DNA of 64,000 nucleotides, taken from Octopus sinensis. Its lineage: Eukaryota. Location: NCBI RefSeq assembly GCF_006345805.1, contig NC_043002.1, forward strand, positions 104,532,001 to 104,596,000, written 5' to 3'. Made by a program: the position numbers and the translations under genes. Positions 25,502 to 39,700 of this stretch are shown piece after piece (position 1 is the first letter of the stretch; each line of letters begins with the position of its first letter). A model generated the notes under the pieces. The model did no database searches. It was not told where the DNA came from and saw only the letters and a list, made by a program, of their open reading frames with translations.

Positions 25502-26434
25502 GTTTTTCCTAAGTTAAATAAAATGATACATAGAACAGTTCACATACACACACAAAATTTTATGAACACATCTTCAAGTTTCTATTCCGTTAGAACGCCC
25601 AGTTAGGTGACGCACAACTCCTTAGAACGCAGGACTCTTAATTCTGCTATTATAGCATCTTTTAATTCGTATTCTTACTATTATAACACCATGGGATTTC
25701 CAGTAAGATGTCTTTACATTCTGAATACACGAATGGTAGCTAGACCTCCTAATAACACAAGTTATAGTTGTTTGTCTAAATATACATACTAAGTTGCGCA
25801 TCATTGTTTACTGCTATCTTTTCATTAGTAGTTATTAAGTAGATTTTTTTATATGTTTAATTAAAATTATTCATTCACGGATTTTAAAAAAAAACACGTA
25901 GAATCGATATTAAAATTTCACATGATTTCTCTAAAAAATTTCTAAAGAAACGCCATTGTTTATTTCCAGACTGTGTTACGAGAGTTCACTGGTTGAAGTG
26001 AAAGGACGCCAGCTGCCTTTCTCTTTTTTTCTCTTTTTAATTCTTTCGCTCATTAAACTGCGGCCATACTGCATACACCTTCAGCCAAAATCGCCATCCG
26101 ACTATTTACGCCGGAGACTTAGCAGCTTTTGTCGATCATTCCGTTCAGTTCTTTTGTAGCTTTTGAGTTATTTTTATTCTTATATTTAACAAAAAACGGT
26201 GTTAGTCAATACCCTTTGACAATTTTGTGACGTCTGTTAATAAATCCTTTAGGTTCTAATTGCTAATAAGCCACCTTTTGTAGAATGCACTACAATAAAA
26301 AAAATGGACTATAATAACTGTTGTAATTTAAACATCCATAGTCTGTTATGATATTTCGTTATAAAATTCCTTCTTCAGATATTTCTGAGAATTAAGGAAG
26401 TCGTTGCTACAATGGGTTATATATACATATATAT

Positions 26435-26775
26435 GTGAAGGCGCATGGCTCAGTGGTTACAGCGTCGAGCTTACGATCGTGAGGTTGTGAGCTCGAATCC
26501 CGGACCGGGCTGCGTGTTGTGTTCTCGAGCAAGGCACTTTATTTCACGTTGCTCCAGTTCACTCAGCTGTAGAAATGAGTTGCGACGTCACTGGTGCCAA
26601 GCTGTATCGACCTTTGTCTTTCCCTTGGATAACACTGGTGGCGTGGAGAGGGGAGGCTGGTATGCATGGGCGACTGCTGGCCTTCCATAAACAACCTTGC
26701 CCGGACTTGTGTCTAGGAGGGTAACTTTCTAGGTGCAATCCCATGGTCATTCATGACCGAAGGGGGTCTTTACCC
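26435..26775 (+). mobile_element. tRNA-derived CORE-like SINE (family B), full length
   Basis: A-box TGGCTCAGTGG, B-box-like AGCTCGAATCC, then TCGAGCAAGGCACTTT...CTCCAGTTCACTCAGCTGTAGAAATGAG resembling the CORE domain. Confidence 0.82.
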
Positions 26776-26783
26776 CTTTTTAT

Positions 26784-26832
<49 letters not shown>

Positions 26833-27839
26833 CGTGTGTGTGTGTGTGTGTATGAATGTGTGTGTGTGTGTATGAGTGTGTGTGTGTGTGTGTGTGTGTG
26901 TGCATGTGTGTGTATGTGTGTGTGTGTGTATGTATATATACATATATATGACTAAAAATCCTCATTAACTACAGGACAAAATGCCAAAAGAAGATAACTC
27001 GCTCATCAGTTTTCGATTGCTTATTACTACCCATTTCGTGCTTTTAAAGACAAGACAGGAATACTTCATAAGACAGCATAATCCAGAAATAGTTTGTGGT
27101 GAGTTAGGGCTTCGAACGAACCCAAGAACAACAGAGTAGGCGTACAGATGAAACAATCGACGAAGACAAATTGTGTGCATGTGTGCATGTATGTGTCGTT
27201 ATTCCGTTTAATTTCAAGGTTTCATGCCAAAAGAGAAATAGAAAGGTTTTATCATAGATGCAAGGCTCCTTTGTTGAAGTTTCAAAATCAACAACAGCGT
27301 ATGTATGTATGAGTGTATACATATATATGTATAAATATGTGAAACTTTGTATGTTTTGTTTTATGTATGTCTTCTCATTCACATACTTGTGTATTTGGAC
27401 ATGGACATATATACTTAAATGATAAACTTCTGGAAAGGTTTACAGATTTTTGTAGTTCCAGAAGGATTGGATCTATAGTTTTCGAACCAGCTTTCTCGTT
27501 TCTGGTTTTGAGAAGCCTACGTTCTCAAGACTGGTATCTAGGCAGTGAGTGATATATCCTAGTGCCACAATTGTTATAAACCCGAGTATAAACGTAAGTA
27601 TAAGTATAATCCTGAACTCGTAATCTGGTTAAAGTAACTGCAGATTTCTCAATAGTTCAGCGTAGGTTGTAATTTTTTTACTGAAATTCAGGTTTATATT
27701 AACATCCGATGGGTTGCTGATTTCCACAAATTTACAGTTTCTTTTCTCTATCCCAAATTATTATATCAGGTCTCTTGGGTTCACATTTTATTGTTGTTTA
27801 CCTGGGACATTCCACCAGTACTCCTTTATGAGTGGTAAT

Positions 27840-27962
27840 GTATGTATGTATGTATGTATGTATGTATGTATGTATGTATGTATGTATGTATGTATGTATG
27901 TATACATGCATGTATGTATGTATGTATGTATGTATTTATGTATGTATGTATGTATGTATGTA
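27840..27962. repeat. (TATG)n microsatellite
   Basis: Direct run. Confidence 0.95.
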
Positions 27963-28107
27963 CGTCGGATTTCTCTCAGTTTCCTACTACCGATACCTTC
28001 ATTCGAATAAGCATGTGCCTATTCCAGTGGTTCCCAACAATATTTTTATTTAAATGAGTCTTCCCACAGACCCCTTTTAATATCCTTATCCTGATGTGTA
28101 TATGTAT

Positions 28108-28140
<33 letters not shown>

Positions 28141-28141
<1 letters not shown>

Positions 28142-28345
28142 CGGGAATTTTACGAAAATAAACAAAAGACGAAGGCAGGTGGCGTGCAAACAAACAAATG
28201 TATTAGTATAGCGCTCAGGAATAGAAATAGAAAAAGTCTTTTACGTTTCGAGCCTACGCTCTTCCACAGAAAGATACACAGAAAAAAAACAAGGAGAGAA
28301 ACAAGGAGAGTAAAAAAAATGCGAGTAGGAGCTAACGATCTATCA
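28141..28345 (-). mobile_element. Solo PLE-like terminal repeat ending at (TA)n
   Basis: Homologous to 15801-16010; junction TATATA-ACGGGAA. Confidence 0.75.
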
Positions 28346-28414
28346 TATATATATATAATTATACCAAATAGTCAGTAAGTTAAAAAAAAAATTTTTCTTA
28401 GTGAATTATACAAA

Positions 28415-28657
28415 ATATTCTATAATTATATACATAATTATAATGAGGGGCCAGCTAAGTCCCACGCTTCGTACTGAATTACTGAATTAGAAATAGACGC
28501 TAAAATCTTTTCAACTACCATAAAAATCTCGATTTGTATGATGTTTATGATTTTTATGGTAGTTGAAAAGACATTAGCATATTTTTCTAATTCAGTAATT
28601 CAGTACGTGGCGTGGCACTTAGCTGACCCCTGATTATAATTATGTATATAAATATAG

Positions 28658-28661
<4 letters not shown>
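28415..28661. repeat. ~247-bp fold-back palindrome (MITE-like)
   Basis: Arms 28415-28528 and 28549-28661 are about 90% complementary by eye, loop ~20 bp. Confidence 0.85.
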
Positions 28662-28726
<65 letters not shown>

Positions 28727-29451
28727 TAACTTTGCCGACCCCAGTTTTGGAGCCATTGGTTTATTCTGTATTTCTAGCTCTTCAGCATAATTGAAAATCT
28801 TGTGAGGATCGGCTTCTCTTTTGATGCATCTAACTTTCGACGATCAGTGTAGATGTGAAATCTACCCTGAATGAACACTTCACAGCCAGATTCAGTAAAT
28901 CTAAAAGAAACGCTAACCAATAATTACTTCAATATATTTCCGTAATAATTTGTACTATCGCTAAAGTTGATTTAATTATATAATCCTTTCAAAGATATTA
29001 CATTAAGTGTTATACGCGCTATACTATGATGCCATCATTTATGTCACTGCTATCGGCTTCCAAATAGATTTCTTGTGCCTAATAATCATATCAATATTCC
29101 TGATTTCTATATATTTACCAAAGGCTCATTACTTGAATAGAAGTGAACCTAAATTTAAGAAGTCAATATGTTGCTAATGTAAGTCTGTCAACTGTTTAAA
29201 TAACACATTACAGATCATTTCAAACCGTATACACAATATGTATATATGAATTAAATATTAGTTTTGCAGAGTGGTTGCTCACATTGAGATTCAATTGCTC
29301 TGAGTTCGATCCAGTAGCGAGAGACTTGGGTAAGTGAATTTTGCCACATTGCTGGATAAAAAAAAACAAAAAAACTTGTGCGTTGAAATCATTAGAAGAA
29401 AATGTGTAGAAGCTATCTGTTCTATTTCTTTCCTATAATTCTTAATCCGTA

Positions 29452-29880
29452 AGGCAGGCGAGCTGGCAGAAACGTTAGCACGCCGGGAGAAATGCGTATC
29501 CGTATTTCGTCTGCCGTTACGTTCTCAGTTCAAATTCTGCCGAGGTCGACTCTACCTTTCATCCTATCGGGGTCGATTAAATAAGTACCAGTTACGCACT
29601 GGGTCGATATAATCGACTTAATCCGTTTGTCTGTCCTTGTTTGTCCTCTCTGTGTTTAGCCACTTTGGGGTAGTAAAGAAATAGGTATTTCGTCTGTCGT
29701 TACGTTCTGAGTTCAAATTCCGCCGAGGTCCACTTTGCCATTCATCATTTCGGGGGTCGATAAATAAAGTACCAGTTACGTACTGGGGTCGATGTAATCA
29801 ACTTAATCCCGTTGTCTCTCCTTGTTTATCCCCTCTATGTTTATCCCCTCTATGTTTATCCCCTTGTGGGCAATAAAGAA
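29452..29880 (+). mobile_element. tRNA-derived SINE (GGCGAGCTGGCAGAA family) with internal duplication
   Basis: Head at 29452; body segment GTATTTCGTCTG...GTCGATAAAT repeated at ~29503 and ~29685. Confidence 0.82.
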
Positions 29881-31180
29881 ATATATAATTTTTAATCCGT
29901 CTCTGGATTAACATTAATTACCTCTAATTGGTTTGTAGTTTCGCTTAACAGCGTTCAATCTCTTGCAAGTATTCGTTGGTTGGCGATTATCTCCTCCACC
30001 CCCATTACGCAAGGTTCAAAGACTCTGACAATTGTCATTGGCGCCTCCGTGCTTTTGTCCTTTGGACTAAATCATTAAATTTAAAATTAAATAAAAAAAA
30101 ATATCTAAAATTATCGAAACTTATATCATCACTCTAAATGTCTATTTCTTACCATCATAAAACTGGTTGCTGAAGAATCGAAGATTAAAATAAAAACGTA
30201 CTTGACTATAAAAGATATTCTTTATTTGGCTGGAGATGTCCAAATTGAAAACGATTTGATGGATGATACCAATGTTAATTTGATCTGAACCCGTAAACTC
30301 ATAAATTTCCCGATAACATTTTGTAATTAATATAAAGCTAGAAACGTCCAGAATACAATTATGGCTTCTGCCCCCTTCCCTCACACCATGCTTTCTTACC
30401 TTCCTCCCTACCTAGTCTTATAACTCCCGCATTTTCATGTCTGTTTTCTTCCTCTCAACGACTTTGTGTATATTAATTCGTTTTCTGTTTGATTGTCATT
30501 TCCATCTGATGTTGTTTGTGTTGATGTTTAGCCCTAGGTCAAAACTGAACCAGCAAAACTATGATCAAATTGCTCACACAGTGAACAGCGCGGTTTTGAA
30601 ATAATTGTCTTCAATACAATCTCGTGCCGTTCTGTTTTTTTTTTTTCTTTTTTTGACATCAAGAATCTTGCTGAGGACGGGTGAAGATTAGCCTGCTAAG
30701 CCTTTCGGATCGAGTCACCATGCAAAGATTCCCATTGATGTTTGCAAGATCTGGTTCTTGGGAACATTAAGAAATTACCGAAGAAAATGTTCAGATATGA
30801 ATGATTATTTGAAGAAGCCAGACTGCAGACATGTTAAACTATTTATATATTAAATATATGTATTAATATGAGCAACAAAATTTGTATTCGATATTTATTT
30901 TTATTTTATTCGTCTTATAGAATTTTTTTTTTCTGATACTCAATCCAACTTTGGTCTAGCGGGTTGTAATCAACGAGATCCCATTTAAGACCATCCCGGT
31001 CTTTTAATATCATTTGTTCTGGATAACAACTGTAAATATGCATTGATTTCAAGGATGAGATTTTGTTTTACTATTTTTAGTTTATTAATGGCGTTTAGAC
31101 TAAATTTTTCAGAAAGTAGAGCGACTGCATTCAGTCTATAATGTCGGTGTGGTGACGTCATTATAATGCCATAGAAGTGT

Positions 31181-32168
31181 AAAAATAAACAGCTTTACGT
31201 CTTTCAATATTTTCGCAAATATTCGAAGAAACACCTGGAAAGACTAGCATCGGAAAGACTAGCATCGGACTTACAAGATATCACAGTTCTGATGCTGTTG
31301 AATATCATGCTTAACCTAAAATCAGAGTGAACTCTCTTATTTGAAGAACATTCTGCTGTTTCACTGCATATATCATATATATATATATATTACTAGCAGT
31401 GTCTCGTGATATAGGAGTACTCATCAGATATAATTGAAACGGATCCAATTTGGGTTTCAAAAGGGAGGAGATCTCTGACCAGAGAAAGAATCGGGTCCTC
31501 TCTTTTCAGTACTGACTCTGCTCACGTGTATCTCACATCTTTAGTTCATTCTCTGACGAAAGATCCCTCTTAAAGACATATCCTGATTTGCATAGGCTTT
31601 GCCTTTAAGACTCATACACGTATACATTGATGTAAAAGTCTTTTAAAATTTGTTTTCAGTACATGTTTGAACCAGCTCAAATGTGTTCTTGGCATAAACT
31701 CGCATTTATTAAGATTACGGGAAATAGTAATTTAGTCAACGAGAATTTGTTGAATATGGTCAGGCCACCGGGGTGACAGCTGGAAACATAAAACCATTGT
31801 AGAACATATTAGGTTATTCGATCATGCACGTAAAATTGTGTCGTATACGCTGTTCTTCCAATAATTTTCACGGTACGTTTCTCATTGCTGGTGGCCCACC
31901 TTTCAACGCTCTTCATGTCTTGGTACAAGAAATGCGTCATAAATTACAAGTCTTGCTTCCCCCCCACCTCATATTCATTATAATCTCTTCTCAGATAACA
32001 TAAGGGAAAGATTAAATATCTCACGGTGTTCTGTGTTGTAACATATGAGTATCTTTGCTTTACATTAAGTGACTAAGTAGATATTTAAAAAAAAAAATAA
32101 ACAGCTCTACGTCTTTCAATATTTTCGCAAATATTCGAAGAAACACCTGGAAAGACTAGCATCGGAAA
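31181..32168 (+). repeat. Pair of ~76-bp direct repeats 912 bp apart (31181-31256 and 32093-32168)
   Basis: AAAAATAAACAGCT.TACGTC...GGAAAGACTAGCATCGGAAA, 1 mismatch. Confidence 0.9.
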
Positions 32169-32199
32169 TTGTATCGGCTGTGCATATCTCTACTACAGG

Positions 32200-32990
32200 A
32201 TTCCATATATATAAATACATACATTCAAATGTAGGAAACTCTGTAATGATAGTAATATCCGCCACCAAAGCAGTTTATAATGGACCAGTAACTGGATTAC
32301 TACTTCCCACTTTGAAAAGTATGCGTTTGCAATCAGGAACAGGAAATATCAACCAAATACCTGATGCACAAAAGGATAGAGACGCGGGAAAAGCCGTAAA
32401 GTATGACAACTGATGTGGAGTTCAGACTGAAGATATCAACCACATCAATAGCAGTTCTCCGAAATTGTCACCGCGGTATTATCTACAGATGAGACATGAT
32501 GTTGTAGCTAGGACACTATAATGAAATCCGTCGGATGGATAATCTCGAGAAATACACACCCACAATATGGTAGATGCCATAGCCACTCATAATGAAAAGG
32601 AGTACTGGTGGAATGTAGCAGTGAAGACCTCAATAAAATGTAAGCACAACAGACCTGATATAATGATTTGGGATAGAGAAGAGAAACTGTGCACAGTTGT
32701 GGAAATTACCTGCACAGCGAATGTTCACATAAAGCTGAAGATCAGTGAAAAAAAGAACACCTACGCTGAACTATTGAGAAATCTGCAGTTACTCTATCCA
32801 GATTACAAGTTCAGGTTTATAACTGTAAATATTGGGACCCTGGAATATGTAAGACACTGCCTAAATACCAATCTTCCCAAATTAGGTTTCTGTAATCCAG
32901 AAAGGAGAAATCTAATTCGAAGACTAAAGATCCAATCCATCACTGGAACTATAAAAATTTGTAAAAGTTTCCAGAATTTTATCACTTGAA
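32200..32990 (+). mobile_element. RLE-type non-LTR retrotransposon 3' fragment (R4/Dong-like)
   Basis: EDINHINSS.PK..PRYYLQMRHDVVAR, EYWWN, KHNRPDIMIWD...VVEI, EKKNTYAEL...GTIKICK. Confidence 0.85.
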
Positions 32991-33299
32991 TATATATGAT
33001 CATGTCTAGATGTGCAACTATATGCATGAGAATACATATATAAAACATACAAATCTGCATATGCATACATACATGCATACATTCCTGCATACATACATAC
33101 ATACATACATACATACATACATACATACATACATGCATACATATAGATATAAGCAGATACGCGGGGTAAAATGCATCTGCTCAAATGTATCCATTTAGCA
33201 ACCAATCTATTTATATCTTCGTATCTATTTATCTATCTGTATGTGTGTGAGTGCGTGTGTGTGCGTGTGTGTATGTATGTGTGTGTGTGTGTGTGTGTG

Positions 33300-33330
<31 letters not shown>

Positions 33331-34370
33331 TGCCTAATCGCATCTATAGCAATATGAAGCACTAAATACTAATTTCCTATTCCACGACCATTCATTGATT
33401 ACATCACACTGATTGCCGGGGATGACAAAAGTTCGTCCATCTCCGTTAAACCCGCTTCTCTCTTATTCAACTTCTAGCGCTCTCACAACACTCGGAATGC
33501 TGTATAATAGCGATCCATAGTGTCTAAAGATCCAAATTCTATACGGGTGCATTTGAAGCATGAGTCTCTTCAATGACGTTACATTGTAACCAATTAGACG
33601 GACTCAGCCCTTCAATAACTACCAAATTGTTTTCTTTTCCCTTTCTGTTACATTTGGGGGAATCATTCGTTAAGTGCCATATATTTAGGGATTTTGGTTT
33701 CTGTGGTGTATTTAGGTTCATTAATGCACATCGTAATTTCCTCTATAGCGACTCAATAATCCGTTTATTAAGAATCACTTCAGAAATAGAATGACTTAAT
33801 AACAAATATAAAGAAAGATTGAATTTTCTAAGACATCACGAGTGTCATCTGAGATAAACTATCATTCATTCTAAAAGGACTTTTTCGCGTTATGAAACTG
33901 CAATCCGAATTGCATTCTTCTTATTTCACACTCATTTTTTTACTGCAATCTTATTACAACGGCAGTAAAAATTACTCAATACCCAAAGATTATTACTGTA
34001 TAATATATTATATATATATAAAGCAGGTGTAGTATCCGATGTACGGTCATTACTAGAAATAGCAGCCGATGAGTTTACTGCCTGTAAATATTTAGTGAAG
34101 CTCTACATAGCGCCGCAAACTTACCGGCTACTATTTCTAGCAATGATCGTACTTCGTGAACAACTGCTTTATATGTCTATAATTCTAACTATATGGTGCT
34201 TTATTCTTGCTGGATATTAATGTTCTTTTAATAATATCTATATCTTCACACACACACGCACACATTCACACACACACACACATATATATTATAAATATAT
34301 ATTTATTTATTTATATATACATATGTACATATATATATATATGTATATATATACATATATAAATACACAC

Positions 34371-34445
<75 letters not shown>

Positions 34446-34838
34446 ATATATATATATATAATATATATGTATATCGTAAATATTAGGGGAATAAATTAAC
34501 ATAATTTATTACCAGTGGTGAGCATGCATAAATAAAAGTCATAAGACATAAAATATTTATTTTAAGTATAAAACTGTATAAAATATTTTACACACTAACA
34601 GGAGTCCAGTCAATGGATTCCTCTTTGTATATAAAAATATTTAAACACTTTTAAGGATTGTAGCCGAACTAATCGACCCCAGGACTTCACTTTTAAGACT
34701 AGTATTTTTATCATTCTCATTTGACGCGCCACTAAATTATGATGACGTAAATACACAAACACCGGTTATCAAACGATGATGGGGAGTCAAAAATCACTCA
34801 CGCACGTACCTACATACATGCATATTATATATATATAT

Positions 34839-34981
34839 ATGAAAGAATGGAGTCGAGCGAAGATGTTAACAAATTTCCTTTACTCCCGACGTATGTTTCG
34901 AAGACAGCATGTTTTCATTCCAAAGGAATAACGGGTGCATTATGCATTTGTTAACATCTTCGTTCGACTCCATTCTTTCAT
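34839..34981. repeat. 143-bp hairpin with ~36-bp terminal inverted repeats
   Basis: ATGAAAGAATGGAGTCGAGCGAAGATGTTAACAAAT and its reverse complement at 34946-34981, 1 mismatch. Confidence 0.88.
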
Positions 34982-35140
34982 TTATTCACATACAACACAC
35001 ACATTTCTGCACATGAACCCGGAGTTTCAACCCTTGACAGGTCGCTTCAAGCGTGTTTCTGACGTGAATTTGTTACCCAAGTTTCGGTGAAACGAATTTT
35101 CCATGCTGACGATAAAAATAGGATAATTTATTCACCTACT

Positions 35141-35177
<37 letters not shown>

Positions 35178-35480
35178 ATATATATATATGTGTGTGTGTG
35201 TGTGGTGTGTGTGTGAGTATGTGTGTATGTATATACGACGGGCTTCATTCAGTTTCTGTTTGCCGTCATAAACTGTTATAAATATTAAAGAGAATGTGAG
35301 ATACTTCTTGGTTCTGGAGGTACATCACACAAATCTATAAATAAATGCTTGTAAATATTTGACTGAAAAAAAACATTCTGGTCTGAAAGTCGAAGACAGC
35401 CCAATCAACAAGGTGCGCTGCGAAATTCAATATTCCAAAACGTGTATATACATACATGCATACATACATACATACATACA

Positions 35481-35516
<36 letters not shown>

Positions 35517-35518
35517 TA

Positions 35519-35720
35519 TGGCCTAGTGGTTATAGCAGCGGACTCGCGGTCGAGGGAACGCGGGTTCGAATCTCAGACCGGGTGATGTGTGTGTCTATGA
35601 GCGAAACCACCTAAGCTTCATGCGACTCCGGCAGAAGGTAATGGCGAACATCTGCTGACACTTTCGCCACAACTTTAGCGGCGGTGTATCAGCATGGCCG
35701 CAGCTCTGAGCTGAAACTAG
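35519..35720 (+). mobile_element. tRNA-headed SINE, internally deleted
   Basis: TGGCCTAGTGG A-box, GGTTCGAATCTC B-box; related to 20705-21110. Confidence 0.72.
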
Positions 35721-35734
35721 AATTTAAAAAAAAC

Positions 35735-35744
<10 letters not shown>

Positions 35745-35780
<36 letters not shown>

Positions 35781-35812
35781 AGATAGATAGATATATATAT
35801 ATATATATATAT

Positions 35813-35851
<39 letters not shown>

Positions 35852-35867
35852 TGGATAGATAGATATG

Positions 35868-35910
<43 letters not shown>
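35745..35910. repeat. (TA)n/(TAGA)n microsatellite; a second (TAGA)n/(CAGA)n run lies at 37060-37240
   Basis: Direct runs; explain the YLSI ORFs. Confidence 0.95.
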
Positions 35911-35914
<4 letters not shown>

Positions 35915-36785
35915 AGGAGAATGGAGAATTTGAACATTCAAATATCAAGTTTAGGTCTTTCACGAATTCCTTTTTATTGTGGTGGGGATAGGGATATCCT
36001 TAACTGATGCGGCCAAATATATTTTCTCCATTCACAGGTTATCTGTCTTTATTATTAGTTCCAGACGAAATTATTTTTCTAGTAAAAGTAGGGATTTAAT
36101 ATCCAGGTTGGTACCGTATTTCTCTGAGTAATATGCCAAGGCGAATGAAGCATTTAAACATTCAATATATAAAGACAAATCATGAATGACCAAAACATAA
36201 AGTTTAAAAGTTCAAATTCTTCATTCTCCTTATTATCAATATTGTACTTTACAATATTCAAATTTGTACCGGTAATAGGGCCATACCTAATAACCTAGGT
36301 GCGATTTTAGGAGTCGTTGAAAGAGGTACCTTCAGACCTTACATACGTAGGAGGGCTGAACATAATGATTTGGTATGGTATAATGTTCCCTTCAACTGTG
36401 CCATATACACATGACTGCGGCCTTGCTGGTGCATCGCCTTTATTCGAGGAAATCGACCGCAGGACTTATTCTTTGTAGTCCTATTTCTTATTTTATCGGT
36501 CTCTTTTGCCGAACCGCTAATTATGGTGACGTAAATTCACCAGCATCTGGAGCGGCAATTACAGAATTACAAGCATATACATGCATACATACATACATAC
36601 ATACATACATACATACAATTATTCGGTAGCCATGATAAAACTCCGAGTTTCGAATGCCGGGATGGAAATCCACGCCACCATCTCTTCAGTTATCCGGCCA
36701 TCGGAAAAGATGCTATGAAAATGACCCCCCCCCCAAATGAAAGATACCTCGATATTATGTATATTATGTATATTATGCATATATA

Positions 36786-36824
<39 letters not shown>

Positions 36825-37028
36825 GCCATGTTGGATCGTTAGCCCCTACACGCAATTTTGTTCTCTCCTTGTTTCTCTCATTATTTCTTTTCTGTGTATC
36901 TTTCTGTCGAAGAGCGTAGGCTCGAAACGTAGAAGACTTGATTTATTTCTATTCCTGAGCGCCATACATTGTTTGTTTGTACTCCATCTGCCTTCGTCTT
37001 TTGTTTATTTTCGTAAACCTTCCCGTTA
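36825..37028 (+). mobile_element. Solo PLE-like terminal repeat ending at (TA)n
   Basis: CTGTCGAAGAGCGTAGGCTCGAAACGT at 36904; ends CTTCCCGT-TATATA. Confidence 0.75.
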
Positions 37029-37093
37029 TATATATATATATATATATATATGTATAGAGATAGATAGATGGATTGATAGATAGATAGAAAGAC

Positions 37094-37239
<146 letters not shown>

Positions 37240-38023
37240 ATGTGTTTGACTATGTTTGTGTGTCTGTGTTTGTCCATCCACCATCACTTGCTGGTGTGTT
37301 TATGTCCTTGTAACCTAGCGGTTCTTTTGACTAATGGCCGTGCTCCAGCATGGCTGCAGTCAAATGACTGAAGCATATAAATGAATAAAAGAATATATAT
37401 ACACATACAAACACATGCCTTTCCAAACCCACTGATGTCTTCCGCTTAAAACCACAGTAGAGTTTAACAAAGGCCCTCGACAATCTAAAATAGTCATTCA
37501 TGATGGGGATTTGGAAGACACACAGCTCAACAGAGTGACCCTTCGCTACGATGATGGGGGAATCTGCTAGAAGTATTTACCGTGAAAGAGCTATAAAATA
37601 TCTGTCGATTTCTGTGAGGCAGTTAATCAATTTGACTGTTGACATTGCTTCGATGTGACTCAAGTCAAAATAACGGTTTATTATGTGAAGCTAACTCATT
37701 GCTGGCCAAATAGCCAGGCATTCTTCGTTTCTCTATGTATTCTTATCTGTGGAATGAATACATATGCATGTATTGTATGTATATATGACTGTGTGTGAGT
37801 TTATATATATATATACATATATATATAAATGTGTATATGTATATATGTATATAATATATATATATATATATATATCTGTGTGTGTATGTATGAATGTACA
37901 CGCGTATATATCTAATTATCTATCATTTTCTCTAGTTTCCCTTTTCCTGCGCCCAAATATCAATCTAGATTACATGAAGCTGTACTTACATTCGCCTACA
38001 CGTGTGTGTGTGTATTAATGCCC

Positions 38024-38090
<67 letters not shown>

Positions 38091-38106
38091 CCATAGACCT
38101 TATATC

Positions 38107-38139
<33 letters not shown>

Positions 38140-38193
38140 TATATAGATTGATACATTGTTACGTTATATATATGACCATTCCGAGATACAACA

Positions 38194-38225
<32 letters not shown>

Positions 38226-38258
38226 AGTGTGTGTGCGTTGTGTGTGTTTGTATGCGCG

Positions 38259-38294
<36 letters not shown>

Positions 38295-39389
38295 ATATAT
38301 AACCAAACACTGGTCTATATAGACAGTTTTTTTGTGTGGATATATGATGGTGTGACCGTGTTGTCCTCTTTCTTTCTTTCTCTCTCTCTCTCTACCCATG
38401 TTTTATCTCTCATTGGGTATCTGTACATTTGTTGAATATGAACAAAATTACAGGTGCGTAGATGTATACCACGAATTATATTTTATATTTCCTTTTTATA
38501 TTTCATTCACTTATTTATCCCCTTTCCCCGGATTGTATCTTTTCTTTTTCCATTCAAGTACACATTGAATTTCGTCCTCCTCCTCTTCCCTCTTGGAATC
38601 GGTTATTCAACATAGTTTCCACAGAAAGTAATGCGTCCCTCCTTTACCGAAGGCGGCAACAATGAACAGGGACGAAATATCAACAATCGGTCCAGAATAA
38701 TTCGTGTGATTGCTATTCTGCTAAAACTAGCGCTGTTGCAGATGTTGCCAACGGAGTTGCATTTTAGGTTTTGCAGACGTAAATGAATTTATTTTATTGT
38801 GGATTTTGTTGATTGTTTTCTTTTCCTTTCCCCTGTGGTAACGTGTTCAAATAGAACCTTGGATCAAATGTTTTACTGCTATCCATCTATTCTTCAATGC
38901 GTTTTGTATCCGTTGATGTCTTATCGCTTCTCTTGCTGTAGAATCTGTATAGAAATGGCTGAAATGTAGTTTAGGCCTTGGTGTTGTAAACCGATACATG
39001 CACACACACACACACACAGAGCACATACAGAGCGAGAAATGTATATTTATACACGCAAGAATGCATATAAACACACACGCACACATATATTATACATCGG
39101 TTTATATACAGATAAATCGGTTTCAAATTTTGGCACCTGGGTAGCAAGTGCAGGAGAAGGTGTGAGTCGATTAAAGCGACATCAATAATGAAATGGTATT
39201 TTATTGCACTCCGCGAAAGAATGAAATGAAAAGTCTATCTCGGCGGAATTTCAACACAGAACGTAACGACGAACGAAATGCCGCTAAGCGTTTTATTCGG
39301 CATCCTAGTGTTTCTGCCAAATCGCCTCCTTTATACAAAGATAAATTATAAATTATATATTCGAGGGCATAACTCCGTATGTATATTAA

Positions 39390-39431
<42 letters not shown>

Positions 39432-39454
39432 TTATATAATTTAGTGGCTTTGAC

Positions 39455-39700
39455 GTTAGTAGCTTGCTTACCAACCACATAGTTCCGGGTTCAGTCTCAC
39501 TACGTGGCACTTTGGATAAATCTCTTCTACTACACCCTCGGGCCATCCTCGTGAGTGGATTTGGTAAACGGAAGCTGAAAGAAGCCCGTCGTATACACGT
39601 GTGTGTGTGTGTGTATGTGTGTGTTTGTGTGTGTGTGTGTATTTGTCCCCATATGCGTCGTGTTGTTCTGGTCTCTTTTGCCTAATTGTTAAGTTACGTG
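39455..39700 (+). mobile_element. SINE family A, 5'-damaged copy with an empty target site
   Basis: TAGTAGCTTGCTTACCAACCACAT uninterrupted at 39457-39480. Confidence 0.8.
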
